Source: Alphaproteobacteria bacterium
Lineage (GTDB): Bacteria > Pseudomonadota > Alphaproteobacteria > UBA2966
Direction of reading: 5' to 3'
DNA: 64,000 nucleotides
Assembly (NCBI GenBank): GCA_964291395.2
Contig: OZ219856.1
Coordinates: 1,856,001 to 1,920,000 of the forward strand
The notes below the pieces were generated by a model, which was not told the DNA's origin, made no database searches, and saw only the letters and a program-made list of their open reading frames with translations. The position numbers and the translations under genes are program-made. Positions 1 through 10,697 of the stretch are shown here, piece by piece (positions within the stretch are counted from its first letter, which is position 1; each line of letters opens with the position of its first letter).

Positions 1-758
1 TGGATTTCGGTTCGCTCGGGCCCGTCGCGCCGTTCCGTTCCGTGTTCGCCGACGAAGGCGTCGAGATCACACACGAGGAGGCGCGGAGACCCATGGGCCT
101 CGCCAAGCGCGAGCACATTGCGGCGCTGACGCGGGAACCGCGCATCGAGGCGGCCTGGACGAGCGCCAAGGGACGACCGCCGAGGGATGCGGACATCGAT
201 CGCATGTACGACCGGTTCATTCCGCGACAGGTGAATGCCATCCAGGACCACGCGACTCCCATCCCGGGGGCACCCGCCGTGCTGGCGGCGCTGCGCCGCC
301 GGGGTATCCGCGTCGGCGCCTGCACGGGCTACAACCGCCCCATGCTGAAGGCGCTCGAGGAAGCGGCGCGCGAACGAGGCCTCCACGCGGATTTTTCCGT
401 CTGCGCAGACGACGTCCCATCCGGCCGACCGGCACCGGACATGGCCCTCAAGGCACTGCAAAACCTGGGAATCACTCACCCGAACCGGTGTATCAAGGTC
501 GACGACACGACGCCGGGAATCGGGGAAGGACTGGCCGCGGGCATGTGGACCGTCGGCGTGACGGTGTCGGGCAACGAGGTGGGGCTCTCGGAACGAGACT
601 GGTCGGCGCTGCCCGACGCGCAACAGACCCGGCTGCGGGAGGCAGCCGGACGCAAGCACCGAGCGGCGGGGGCCCACCACGTCATCGACTCGGTCGCGGA
701 GCTGATGCCCTGCCTCGACGCCATTACCAGGCGTCTGGAGAACGGCGAACGACCCTGA
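1..758 (+). CDS. phnX: Phosphonoacetaldehyde hydrolase (HAD family), 5' end outside window
   Basis: Frame is open from nt 3 (DFGSLGPV..., matching the PhnX VDFGS motif); also PMGLAKREHI, GRPAPDM and KVDDTTPGIGEGLAAGMWTVGV motifs. Confidence 0.9.
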   Translation, partial: DFGSLGPVAPFRSVFADEGVEITHEEARRPMGLAKREHIAALTREPRIEAAWTSAKGRPPRDADIDRMYDRFIPRQVNAIQDHATPIPGAPAVLAALRRRGIRVGACTGYNRPMLKALEEAARERGLHADFSVCADDVPSGRPAPDMALKALQNLGITHPNRCIKVDDTTPGIGEGLAAGMWTVGVTVSGNEVGLSERDWSALPDAQQTRLREAAGRKHRAAGAHHVIDSVAELMPCLDAITRRLENGERP

Positions 759-913
759 GACCTGAAGAAGATCCCGGCTCGCTACAACGCGGCCCGCCGC
801 GATGGTAGTTTCGAGCCTACGCACGAGATGGTATCCGGCGGCATCGCCGGGACGGATGCGACACGGACGCAAGCGCGGTAAAAGAGTTTCAAACCAAAAG
901 AAAGGACAGGAAA

Positions 914-1405
914 ATGCTCTCTTCTGATGCTCCGGAGGTCAAAGAGTTCTGGGAGAAGGCGTGCGGCGAAATGGGGATCGACCCCTCTTCGACCTATCAT
1001 GCCTCGACGTTCGGTGACCCCAAATTCTTCGACGAGATCGACGAGATCACCGAACTGGCGCTGCAAGGTCAGAAGCAGGCCACGTCACATCTCGAGATCG
1101 ATTTCGAGGTCAACAACGTTCCGGTTCGCAACGAAGGCGATTACTGGCTCATGCTGGACAAATCGCTCAAGCCCCGCGGGATCGTTCAGCTCACGACCGT
1201 CAAGATCACGCCCTTCAACGAGATCGACGAGGAGTACGCGGCCGTAGAAGGCGAAGGCGATTCCAGCTTGCGCCACTGGAAGGAAGTCCACGAGGACTAT
1301 TTCAAGCTGCAGTTGAACGCCTGGGGCCGGGGCCACGAGTGGAGCGAAGACCTGCCCGTGGTCTGCGAAATCTTCAAGCTGGTGTACCCGCCGCTGGAAC
1401 AGTAA
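914..1405 (+). CDS. ASCH domain protein
   Basis: FGD...ELALQGQKQATS and EGEGDSSLRHWKEVHEDYF motifs; AAGGA RBS upstream. Confidence 0.85.
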   Translation: MLSSDAPEVKEFWEKACGEMGIDPSSTYHASTFGDPKFFDEIDEITELALQGQKQATSHLEIDFEVNNVPVRNEGDYWLMLDKSLKPRGIVQLTTVKITPFNEIDEEYAAVEGEGDSSLRHWKEVHEDYFKLQLNAWGRGHEWSEDLPVVCEIFKLVYPPLEQ

Positions 1406-1427
1406 ACCGCAATGCCGGTGGCGAACT

Positions 1428-1457
1428 CGGGCGGGCCTTCATGGGCCCGCCCGTTTT
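1428..1457 (+). terminator. Intrinsic terminator
   Basis: CGGGCGGGCC/GGCCCGCCCG stem followed by TTTT, just after the ASCH stop. Confidence 0.7.
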
Positions 1458-1502
1458 CGCTAATGTGTTCGTACACCCCAGGGACATCCCGGAGATGAAA
1501 TC

Positions 1503-1844
1503 GTGGCCGTCTACGTCATTGCCCAGGTCCGGACCGACGACCCCGACGGATACATGGAGTACGTCAAAGCGGGGCGCCCGACCCTGATCGAACACGGAGC
1601 CTGGTATGTGGGGCGCGCCAGCGCCGCGGGCGACGCCGAGGTCATCGAGGGAGAGGATCCGGGCCGGTACGTCATCATCGGCTTCGAGAACCGAGAGGCG
1701 GTCTGGAAGTGGTACAATTCGCCCGGGTATCGGGAAGCCAAGAAGATCCGTGAGCCGATTTCGAAGGTGAATCTGTTCATCATCGACGAAATTCCCCCGG
1801 GGAGCGGCCTTCCGACACGACCGCCGGGTGACATCCAGACGTGA
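1503..1844 (+). CDS. DUF1330 domain protein
   Basis: AVYVIAQV...EVIEG...IIGFENREAVWKWYNSPGYREAKKIR pattern; stop overlaps the next start (GTGA). Confidence 0.85.
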   Translation: MAVYVIAQVRTDDPDGYMEYVKAGRPTLIEHGAWYVGRASAAGDAEVIEGEDPGRYVIIGFENREAVWKWYNSPGYREAKKIREPISKVNLFIIDEIPPGSGLPTRPPGDIQT

Positions 1845-3001
1845 CGACGATTCGACCGGACATGGCACGCGCCGACCTCCCCTTCGAACCGGAAGTCCGG
1901 AAGGAGCTGGCCCGGACACGCGTTCATCCCCGTTCCAGGGCTCGCCACCTTCCGGGCTGGATGTACACCTCCGCCGAAGTATTCCGGCGCGAGACCGAGC
2001 GCATTTTCCTCAAGGACTGGCTCATCATCGGCCGGGTCGAGGAGGTCGAGAATCCCGGCGACTACTTCACCTTCGACATCGTCGACGAGCCCGTCGTCGT
2101 CGCGCGGGGAAAGGATGGCCGGCTCAACGCGTTCTCCAACGTCTGCCGGCACCGCGGCGCCAAGGTCGTCGAGGGCCGAGGGAACGCCAAGGCGTTCAGC
2201 TGCCCCTATCACGGCTGGACCTACGATATCGAAGGCAAGCTCGCGCAGACCACGTTCACCGACGACGTCGAGGGGTTCGATTTCGACGACTGCCGCCTCG
2301 CGCCGATTCAGATCGGGACCTGGGGCGGATGGATTTTCGTCAACTTCGACCCGGACGCGGCACCCCTCGAACGGCACGTGGCACCCTACGCCGAAAAGCT
2401 CGGTTATTTCCGCCAGGAGGACTGCCGGCTTTCCGACACGCTGATCGTGGAGTCGGACGTCAACTGGAAGCTGATGGCGGAGAACTTCATCGACGTCTAT
2501 CACTTCCGCACCCTCCACGCCGGGACGTTCGGAACCCGGAAGAACCCCGCGACGAACATGCCCTACGATGAAGATCAGGTGATCATCTTCCGGCCGGGAG
2601 GGAAGTCGCTGACACCCACGGGAGAGATGCTGCTGGGCCGCCTGCCCTGGCTGACCGAAGACGATCCATCGGCAGCCGGGCACATGCCGCCGAACGCCTA
2701 TTTCACGTGCCACGCCGACAACGTGCAGTTGTGGATGAGCTGGCCGCTCTCGCCGTCGCGGTCCCGCATCATGATCTACACGATCTTCTCGGAGCAGCAA
2801 TTCGCACGGGACGACTTCAAGGAGCACGCGGAGACGTATCACACCTTCGTCGCCCGCGTTCTCGACGAAGACGTGGGTATGGTAACGGCGCTGCAGAAGA
2901 CCGTGGGATCCCGGAATTTCCGACCGGGCCCCATCACCATGCTGGAAGCGGGCGTCCATGCCACCGTCAACAACTTCATCAATCGCGTATTCGACGACTG
3001 A
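1841..3001 (+). CDS. Rieske non-heme iron oxygenase alpha subunit (choline monooxygenase/CntA-like clade)
   Basis: Rieske CRHRG...CPYHGW motif; catalytic NWKLMAENFIDVYHFRTLH; late ED motif. Confidence 0.9.
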   Translation: MTTIRPDMARADLPFEPEVRKELARTRVHPRSRARHLPGWMYTSAEVFRRETERIFLKDWLIIGRVEEVENPGDYFTFDIVDEPVVVARGKDGRLNAFSNVCRHRGAKVVEGRGNAKAFSCPYHGWTYDIEGKLAQTTFTDDVEGFDFDDCRLAPIQIGTWGGWIFVNFDPDAAPLERHVAPYAEKLGYFRQEDCRLSDTLIVESDVNWKLMAENFIDVYHFRTLHAGTFGTRKNPATNMPYDEDQVIIFRPGGKSLTPTGEMLLGRLPWLTEDDPSAAGHMPPNAYFTCHADNVQLWMSWPLSPSRSRIMIYTIFSEQQFARDDFKEHAETYHTFVARVLDEDVGMVTALQKTVGSRNFRPGPITMLEAGVHATVNNFINRVFDD

Positions 3002-3041
3002 CGAGATCGTTCCGGGTGCGGGCCGAGCGGAAGAGGTACCG

Positions 3042-4181
3042 ATGACACAGATCGAAACGGGCACGGTCCCGGCGGCACGGACCGACCTCGCGGACACGCG
3101 GGACAGACGGCGCGCGCAAGCCCGCCACCTGCCGGGTTGGATGTACACCTCACCCGAAGTGTTCGACCTCGAGACCGAGCGTCTGTTCCTGAAGGAATGG
3201 CTGGTCGTCGGACGCATCGAGGAAATCGCCGACCCGGGCGACTACTTCACGTTCGACATCGTCGACGAGCCCGTCGTCGTAACCCGTGGAAAGGACGGTG
3301 AACTCCACGCCTTCTCCAACGTCTGCCGGCACCGGGGCGCCAAGGTCGTGGAGGACCGCGGCAATGCCAAGGCATTCAGCTGCCCCTATCACGGCTGGAC
3401 CTACGACATCGCGGGCAAGCTCGTCCAGACGACGTTCACCGACGACGTCGAGGACTTCGACTTCGAGAACTGCCAACTCCCGCGGGTCGGGGTCGGAGAG
3501 TGGGGCGGTTGGGTCTTCGTCAATTTCGACGCGGAAGCGACGCCTCTGGCCGAGCACGTCGCTCCATATCAGGAGCACCTCGGCTATTTCCGGCAAGAGG
3601 ACTGCCGTCTCGGCGGCAAACTGGAGCTCGAAGCGGAGGTCAACTGGAAGCTGATCGCCGAAAACCTGATCGACGTCTACCACTTCCACGTGCTGCACGC
3701 GGCTTCGTTCGGCAGCAACAAGAACCGGAACCGCATGCTGCCGTACCCGGAGAACGAGCTCATCATTCTCCGGCCCAATTCGCGCTCGCTCACCCCGACC
3801 GGGGAAGCGCTGCTCGGCCGCCTCCCATGGATCGACGACGACGCCCCGGCCGCCGCGGGGCACATGCCGCCGAACGCCTATTTCACCTGCCACGGCGACA
3901 GCGTAAAGCTCTGGATGAGCTGGCCGCTCTGCCCCACCCGGGCAAAGATCATCGTCTACTCCATCTACGCGCAGGAGCAAATCGATCGAGACGACTTTGC
4001 CGAAAAGGCGAAGGTCTACGACGACTTCCTCGCGCAAATCGTCGACGAGGACATCGGCATGGTCACGGCACTGCAGAGAAACATGGCCTCGCGCAACTTC
4101 CGGCCGGGACCGATGGTCGGTCTCGAGTCGGGGGTGCACAGCACCGTCAACACCCTCATCGACCGCCTGTTCGACAGGTAG
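3042..4181 (+). CDS. Second Rieske oxygenase alpha subunit, tandem paralogue
   Basis: Same motifs; start placed at ATG 3042 after the GAGG RBS. Confidence 0.9.
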   Translation: MTQIETGTVPAARTDLADTRDRRRAQARHLPGWMYTSPEVFDLETERLFLKEWLVVGRIEEIADPGDYFTFDIVDEPVVVTRGKDGELHAFSNVCRHRGAKVVEDRGNAKAFSCPYHGWTYDIAGKLVQTTFTDDVEDFDFENCQLPRVGVGEWGGWVFVNFDAEATPLAEHVAPYQEHLGYFRQEDCRLGGKLELEAEVNWKLIAENLIDVYHFHVLHAASFGSNKNRNRMLPYPENELIILRPNSRSLTPTGEALLGRLPWIDDDAPAAAGHMPPNAYFTCHGDSVKLWMSWPLCPTRAKIIVYSIYAQEQIDRDDFAEKAKVYDDFLAQIVDEDIGMVTALQRNMASRNFRPGPMVGLESGVHSTVNTLIDRLFDR

Positions 4182-4345
4182 AGCGGTTCCAGCTCGACTG
4201 GAACCGGTCCGGCATTCCCCGTCGCGCGCGGCAGCGGTCCGCGGGGCGGAGCAGTCGACTCTGTTCGTGGTGAACCGGGGTCGGAGTTCGGCGCCAGCCG
4301 GACGCAGGCGCGTGCCCACTTTCCGTCCTTGCCGGCATTTCGAAA

Positions 4346-4365
4346 ATGTAGTCACATAACTACAT
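4346..4365. promoter_or_regulatory. Palindromic operator upstream of TA antitoxin
   Basis: ATGTAGT-cacata-ACTACAT inverted repeat ~20 nt before the antitoxin ATG. Confidence 0.6.
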
Positions 4366-4383
4366 ACGTTCCCGGATCGTGCC

Positions 4384-4638
4384 ATGACCATCACGACTCT
4401 CACCAGCCGCGAACTCAACCACGACATCGGCCGCGCGAAAAAAGCGGCGAAGTCGGGGCCCGTCTTCATCACCGACCGGGGCAAGCCCGCGCACGTGCTG
4501 CTCAGCATCGAGGAATACCGGCGGCTGGCGGGACAACGCCGCACTCTGGTGGAGGCGTTGTCCATGGCAGGACTGGCCGATATCGACTTCGAGCCGCCGC
4601 GCATCCGCATCGAAACCCCTCCCGCCGATCTTTCCTGA
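4384..4638 (+). CDS. Phd/YefM family antitoxin
   Basis: TLTSRELNHDIGRAKKAAKSGPVFITDRGKPAHVLLSIEEY. Confidence 0.9.
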   Translation: MTITTLTSRELNHDIGRAKKAAKSGPVFITDRGKPAHVLLSIEEYRRLAGQRRTLVEALSMAGLADIDFEPPRIRIETPPADLS

Positions 4639-4852
4639 TGTTTCTGGAGCGCACGCTAGCCGGTCGATTCCGCGGTCGCCCTGAAATCGGGCTCCCACGG
4701 CTGCATGATGCCCGATCCGCATGGGTTCCGACAAACGGGACGCGCTGATCGCAGCGACAGCGATAGTGCACGGGATGACGGTCGTCACGGGCAATCCAAC
4801 CGACTTCGAGGCAACGGGCGTTGCGCTCATCGACCCCTGGGCCGAAAACTGA
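4638..4852 (+). pseudogene. VapC/PIN toxin remnant with internal deletion and frameshifts
   Basis: TGATG-coupled start MFL; PVDSAVA segment; C-terminus DALIAATAIVHGMTVVTGNPTDFEATGVALIDPW*; N-terminal DTN motif and middle are missing. Confidence 0.8.
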
Positions 4853-5129
4853 TCGATTTCCCGGCGAAGCGATCACCGGCCGCCGGACGGGCTGGATATT
4901 CACACACACCGCCGCCGCCAGCGGATCGCGGGGCGGAAAGCCGGTCGACCGGATTCAAGGGCAGGATCCGCCTGGCAACGGCAACGATGGCGTTGGATAA
5001 TTTTCCGGCAATACGTATTATTCCCGACCTGTTACCGTCGTTCACTCCACAGGCACATGGCCTGCGGGTCGCCTTCGGACCGGAGACCGGCGCAAGACGC
5101 GCCGCCGCAGCAACCCCAGGGGAATTCGG

Positions 5130-5261
5130 ATGTCAGAGCAAAACGTATCTTCGGAGCTTGGAGAGAAAGTACACAAGTGGATTGCCATCATTTCCATCGG
5201 CGGTGTCGCCCTGTTGACCCTGGTGCTCGCCTTGATAGGCGGGATCGCGCCCGCGGTCTGA
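5130..5261 (+). CDS. Small single-pass membrane protein, 43 aa (not in ORF track)
   Basis: MSEQNVSSELGEKVHKWIAIISIGGVALLTLVLALIGGIAPAV*; AGGGG RBS upstream; clear hydrophobic helix. Confidence 0.55.
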   Translation: MSEQNVSSELGEKVHKWIAIISIGGVALLTLVLALIGGIAPAV

Positions 5262-5333
5262 GAGGCCGCTGAATTCGCGGTCAGACGAACCGTCGCCGTA
5301 TCCCCATCGTCCCGCCGCGAGGGACGAGTCCGG

Positions 5334-5651
5334 CTACAACGGCAGCCGGTCGTCCGCCTTGCTGCCGAACAGCTGCTCCCGACGCATCTGGGCCACGTCC
5401 GGCTCGAGGATGGGGGCGAGCAGGTATTTGGCGAATTCCTCCCGTTCCTCGAGCAGCCAAGCCTGCAGATCCTTGTCCTGATCCAGCGCCTTGAGCGCTT
5501 TGTCGCCGACCACCTTCTTTTTCTTGAGGGCACGCTGAAGGCGCTCGTTCTTCGCCTTGAGGACAAACACTTCGCCGGCGAGGGCGACCATCATCCCCAT
5601 CAAGCGGGTGATGGCCGGATCCTCGAAGTACTGATGCTTGGGTAGGGTCAT
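5334..5651 (-). CDS. Hypothetical helical protein abutting the methyltransferase
   Basis: Starts immediately after the MTase stop; YFEDPAITRLMGMMVALAGEV; host-like codon usage. Confidence 0.75.
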   Translation of the reverse strand: MTLPKHQYFEDPAITRLMGMMVALAGEVFVLKAKNERLQRALKKKKVVGDKALKALDQDKDLQAWLLEEREEFAKYLLAPILEPDVAQMRREQLFGSKADDRLPL

Positions 5652-6728
5652 CTAAGCCGCCTTTGCGATGATCACGGTCCAGGGGAAACGCCACTCGTCG
5701 GGCAATTCCTCGCCGTTCTTGAGGGCGCCGTCGCATTCCTCGAAAGGCTCGACCCGCACGTCCGTGAAGCCGGCCTTCTCGAGTTCCGCCGTCAGGTCCA
5801 TCTTGTCCATGGTGATCATGTAAGGCTCGCGGTTACGCACCGCGTGGCCGTAGTAGATGAACTTGCCGACATCGCCGCCCGGCGGGTCGTAGAAATCGAG
5901 GTGCGTGTAGTACCCACCCTTCTTGAGCACGCGGCGCGCCTCCTTGAAGGTGTTGCGAATGGCCCGCGGCGGCAGCTCGTGAAGCACCATGGTGCCGGCG
6001 ACGGTGTCGAAACTCCCGTCCTCGAACTTCATGCCTTCGATGTCGCCCTGAACGAACTTGACCGGCACTTGCTGCTCGACGGCGCGACGGTGAGCGAGTC
6101 GCAGGCACGGCTCACTCAGGTCGACGCCCGTCACGTCCGCCTTGGGCATCTCCCTCTTCAAAGACATGGTCGTCTTGCCGAAGCCGCAGCCCTCGTCGAG
6201 CACTTTCTCGGGCTTGCAGAGCTTCTTGATCATCCGGACGTAGCGGGTGTGGAGGTCCGCGTGCGCCGTATGGGTCGGCATCGTGGTGCGAGACCCCTGC
6301 TCATAGGAATGCGCGCCGGTGTTGTTGATCCAGACGCCACCCGGGAACTGATGGAAGTCGCCGAGGGTGTAGTACTTCGGGAACTCGATATCGGGGTCGA
6401 GCTCGAGCATGTCCGCTTCGATCTTGTCGTACTCGCCGAGGATTGCGTCGAGCTCGTCCTCCTTGGGCTCGAAGTGGGACATGAATCCCCAGCGGCCCAT
6501 GAACTTGTACTGTTGCAGGTAGTGCTCCAGCCACCCGTAATACTGGTACGTCGTCGAGGCCCGCATCGCCGTCTCGATCTTCTTGGGATCCTTCAGCCCG
6601 AGAGCTTGCGCCTCTTCCACCACCTTGTCGTAGATCTCGTGGGTCCAGTGAAGCTTCATACCGACGACAAAGGATTGATACGCGAGCACCTCGAAGGGCA
6701 TGCTTTCGTCAACTGGAGTCGATGCCAT
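5652..6728 (-). CDS. Class I SAM-dependent methyltransferase
   Basis: VLDEGCGFGKT, GVDLS, FDTVAGTMVLHELP motifs; GGAGG RBS before ATG 6728. Confidence 0.88.
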   Translation of the reverse strand: MASTPVDESMPFEVLAYQSFVVGMKLHWTHEIYDKVVEEAQALGLKDPKKIETAMRASTTYQYYGWLEHYLQQYKFMGRWGFMSHFEPKEDELDAILGEYDKIEADMLELDPDIEFPKYYTLGDFHQFPGGVWINNTGAHSYEQGSRTTMPTHTAHADLHTRYVRMIKKLCKPEKVLDEGCGFGKTTMSLKREMPKADVTGVDLSEPCLRLAHRRAVEQQVPVKFVQGDIEGMKFEDGSFDTVAGTMVLHELPPRAIRNTFKEARRVLKKGGYYTHLDFYDPPGGDVGKFIYYGHAVRNREPYMITMDKMDLTAELEKAGFTDVRVEPFEECDGALKNGEELPDEWRFPWTVIIAKAA

Positions 6729-6846
6729 TTCGTTCCTCCCAAGCCGCCCGGGCAGAGTTCGCCGCCGAACGCTTGCGCCTGATTTCGGATGTGGCACCAT
6801 ACCACAAACACGCCGGCCACGCCCCAAAACCTGCCAGGAGAGCCCC

Positions 6847-7436
6847 ATGAGCCAAGTCATCGGTCCTTACGACGCCATGAGCCTGATCACCTACACGCCG
6901 CGCGCCGACTCGAACGACCGGGGCTACGAGCAGTGGCTGATCGACGTCGACAACCCCTTTTTCAACGGCTCTCCGGTCTGCGTCCGCTACACCAACTGGA
7001 AAGTGATCGACGACGCCGGCCTGAATCCGGCTTCAGCCACTTCGATTTCTTCGGCATGGACGACCGGGACTCGGCCGACAAGGTGTGGAGCGACGAGAAG
7101 TTGAGCGAGTTCCGCGTCGAGTGGCGCAGGCTGTGGGGTGCGGCGGACACCCTCGATCCGACGGCGAACAGCCACGTCAATCTATGCGAACGCGTGGGGG
7201 ACCCTCAGGCCGAAGCGGGCTATCTCGTCGTCGTGCCCGCCGCGGATGCGTCGGAAGCCGGCCCGGAAGGCAGCGAGACCTGGTCCACCTATGAAACCTA
7301 TCGGGGCGAGCAGGTCTTTCCCGCCTTTCACTTGAAGTACACGAACGATCCAGCCGACTTCGAGTCCTTCAGGCTGGCGCACGCCGACGGCGGTCCGGCG
7401 GCCCTGCTCGCGGTGCTGCTGGCGGCGCCGGACTGA
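6847..7436 (+). pseudogene. Hypothetical protein (possibly EthD/REDY-like), frameshifted near 7028
   Basis: GGAG RBS + ATG 6847; YEQWLIDVDNPFFN frame continues as GFSHFDFFGM... in another frame to stop 7436. Confidence 0.6.
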
Positions 7437-7472
7437 CGGAGCTCCGCCCGGCCTTCCCCCGGAAACTCCTCC

Positions 7473-8973
7473 TCACCGTGTCGCGCCGGGGTCGAGTGGA
7501 TAGATCGGGCGGCGCAGTCTCTCGAAGGGGAACAGGCCGTAGTCGGAGCTGCAGACTCCGGGCCCCGCGACCTCGACGATGTGCCTGGCGATCGGTTCGA
7601 AGGCGGCCCGGAAATGCTGGCGCGACTTGATCAGCAGATACTTCTTTCGGGTCGGCTCGATGCCCGCGTGGCGAAAGACGCCGAGGTCGAACGGTTCCAT
7701 GCGCTCCTCGGACACCATGATCTCGACGCCGCCACAGTCCAGCACGGCCGTCCGACCGAGGCTGATCCGCATGCCCGTCATCATCGGGCCCGTGACCGTG
7801 AAGCGGCCGTCGGTGATGGCCCGGACACGACCGGCAACCTGCAGCGGCCGCCCCTCGAGGTTGATCGCCGGCATGTCGGTCTTGCCGCCGAGGTCGAGCG
7901 CGATCTCGGTTCCCCACCCCCGCGTCGATGATCTCCGCCACGGCCCCCGGGTCCCAAACGGGCGAGACGGCGACGTCCTCGAGACCTTGGCGCATCACTT
8001 CCTCGACGGCGGCCATGACGTCCTGGTTGCCGCCGGCGCCGCAATTGTCGCCGTGTTCCACGAGCACGACCGGTCCCCCGTCGAGAGCCTTGGCGCGGGC
8101 GATGGAGTCCTCCGCCGGCTCCACGGGATAGACGAAATCCGCCCGGCGCTCCCAGGTCATGGCGAGCAGCGCCTCGGACAGCTGCACCGCCGCGCCGGCA
8201 TCCCCGTCTCCCACGACGACCGTCGATACGCCGACGTGCGGGTGATCCGCCAGCGGGAACCCGCCGAAAACGCTGGCGTTCAACACCTTCCCCTCGGCCT
8301 CGGCGGCGATCGCCATGTCCATCACGTCCTTCATGGGCTGGCGCGCCGGCGTCTGGCGGAGCATGTGAGTCAGCAGAGGCAGGGATCCCCAGGCCATGAC
8401 GGGCGTGATCTCGCCGTCGAGCGACCGCAACAGCGTTCGTCCGGCGCGTAGGCCGGCGTCGTACATGTCGACGTGCGGGTACGTGCGGTAGCCCGTGATG
8501 ATGGTGGCGTTCTCGATGGTTTCGGCGCTCAGGTTGGCGTGGAAGTCGAAAGCCACGGCGATGGGCAGGTCCGGCGCCACGGTGCGAACCCGTTTCAGGA
8601 GCCGTCCTTCCGGGTCGTCGTAGAGACCCGTCACCATGGCGCCGTGCAGGTCGAGAAACAGGGCGTCGCAGCCCACGACGACGGAATCGCAGATGGTGTT
8701 GGCGATAAGCCTCGAAGGCATCGTCCGGGACCGGCCCGCCGGGCTTGGACAGGCCTCGCCGGCGACGGGCGTGACGACCTCGGCACCCACTTCCCGCGCC
8801 AGATCGAGATAGGCGGCGATCGGGTTGTTGGTTCCGGCGTAGGCCTCGACGACCTCGTCGCCGTAGAACGGTTCCCCGTCGTGGCCCCCGGTCCGTCCGA
8901 AACTCGACAGGGGCGTCGGCAGGGGCGAGAACGTATTCGTCTCGTGTCTCATCATGGCGATGACGAATCTCAT
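7473..8973 (-). pseudogene. M81 family metallopeptidase (MlrC-like), frameshifted
   Basis: HETNTFSP, LDLHGAM, DFHAN, YRTYPHVD, DNCGAGG; C-terminus KSRQHFRAAF lies in another frame (shift ~7910); compensating shifts ~8705-8745. Confidence 0.85.
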
Positions 8974-8983
8974 GACCTCTCCT

Positions 8984-10656
8984 TCACGCCCTCCCCGCCC
9001 GCTCCCGTCCTCCGCCGTCCGACCGGCCGGGCGAACGTCCGCGGACGAGGTCCGCCGCCTTCTCGGCGACCATCACGGACGGCGCGTGCGTGTTGCTGCT
9101 GGTCAACGACGGGAACACGGAAGCGTCGGCCACCCGCAATCCCTCGACGCCCCTGACCCGGAGCTCCCCATCGACGACGGCGCCGTCGTCCGCTCCCATG
9201 CGGCAGGTGCCGACCGGATGGAACATGGTGTCGGCCGTCCGGCGAATCCACGCCTCGACGTCGGCGTCGCGCCGCACGTCCCCGCCCGGCGACAGCTCCC
9301 GTCCGCGAAAGGGATCGAAGGCCGGCTGGGCGAACACGTCGCGCAGCAACGCCACGCCCCTCTTGAGCCGTTCCATGTCGTCGGGATGCGACAAGTAGCC
9401 GGGCTGAATGGCCGGCGGCGAGAGCGGATGGGCGTCGGCCAGGCGTATCTCGCCCCGGCTGAACGGCCGCATGGGACATATGTTGGCGGTGAAACCGTGA
9501 CCTTCGGCGGTCGCGGTGCTCACCGCGAAGGGGTTGCGGCGCGGCTGCCCGGTGGACAGCGCCGGCGCGAAATGGCTCTGCAAATCCGGGAGATCGAGCG
9601 CCGGGTCCGATTTCAGGAAGGCGCCGGCCTCGAGCGGAAAGCCGGACCCCGGGCCCGTCCCGAACAACATCGCGCGAACGACGGTGAAGACCGCGCGGTC
9701 GACGCGGTCCAGCCGCGCCAGCGTGATCGGCTCGGTCGCCGCATACTGCACCCGCACCAGCACATGGTCCTGCAGGTTCCGCCCGACCTGGGACGATCCG
9801 CGACCACGCCGATGCCGTGGTCCCGCAGATGGTCGGCCGCGCCGACGCCGGAGAGCATCAACAGTTGCGGCGAATTGACGACACCGCCCGAGAGCACGAT
9901 CTCGCGACGGGCGCGGACGTCCCTCGGCCTGCCGGACCGCCGTACCCGCACGCCCACCGCCCGATTCCCCTCGAACAGGACGCGTGTCGCGTGCGCCCGC
10001 GTCCATATGGCGAGATTGGGCCGCGACCGCGCATCCCGGAGAAAGGCGTCGGCGCTGCTCACGCGCCGGCCGTCGCGAATGTTGAAATGAAAGAGGCCGA
10101 ACCCCTCGGGCCGCGGGCCGTTGAAGTCATCGGTCACCGGATGACCCGCCTGCCGGCCGGCCTCGACGTAAGCGCCGAACAGCGGACTGGACGGCCGCTC
10201 CCGCCGCGTCACCGGCAGCGGCCCCCCCGCGGCATGACGTTCGTCCGGGACACCGCCGAAGTCCTCGGAACGCCGAAAGTAGGGCAACACGTCGTCGAAG
10301 GACCACCCGGCGAGGCCGCTCTGAGCCCAGCCGTCGAAGTCGCTCGGCAATCCCCGCGAGTAGACCATGCCGTTGATCGCCGACGATCCGCCCAGCACCT
10401 TGCCGCGCGCCCAGGCGACCCGGCGGCCGTTCAGGCCGGGCACGGGTTCGGTGACATAGCTCCAGTTGTAGCGCCGCCCGCGAAACATCGCCCCGGCCAT
10501 CAGCGGCACCCGCAGCAAGGGATCGAAGTTTCCGGGGCCGGCCTCGAGCAGCAGCACGCGTACGTCCGAATCCTCGCTCAAGCGGGACGCCAGCACGCAA
10601 CCCGCCGAACCGGCGCCGACGACGACGTAGTCGAACTCGGCGGTTCCGTCCCTCAT
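8984..10656 (-). pseudogene. GMC oxidoreductase (choline dehydrogenase-like), frameshift ~9791
   Basis: VGAGSAGCVLA, GKVLGGSSAING, SPQLLMLSGVG; then VGRNLQDH...HPVGTCRMG...NTHAP in the second frame. Confidence 0.88.
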
Positions 10657-10697
10657 CGCCGGGCGTTCCCGGCTACGGGTGCGGTTTCACGGCACCG

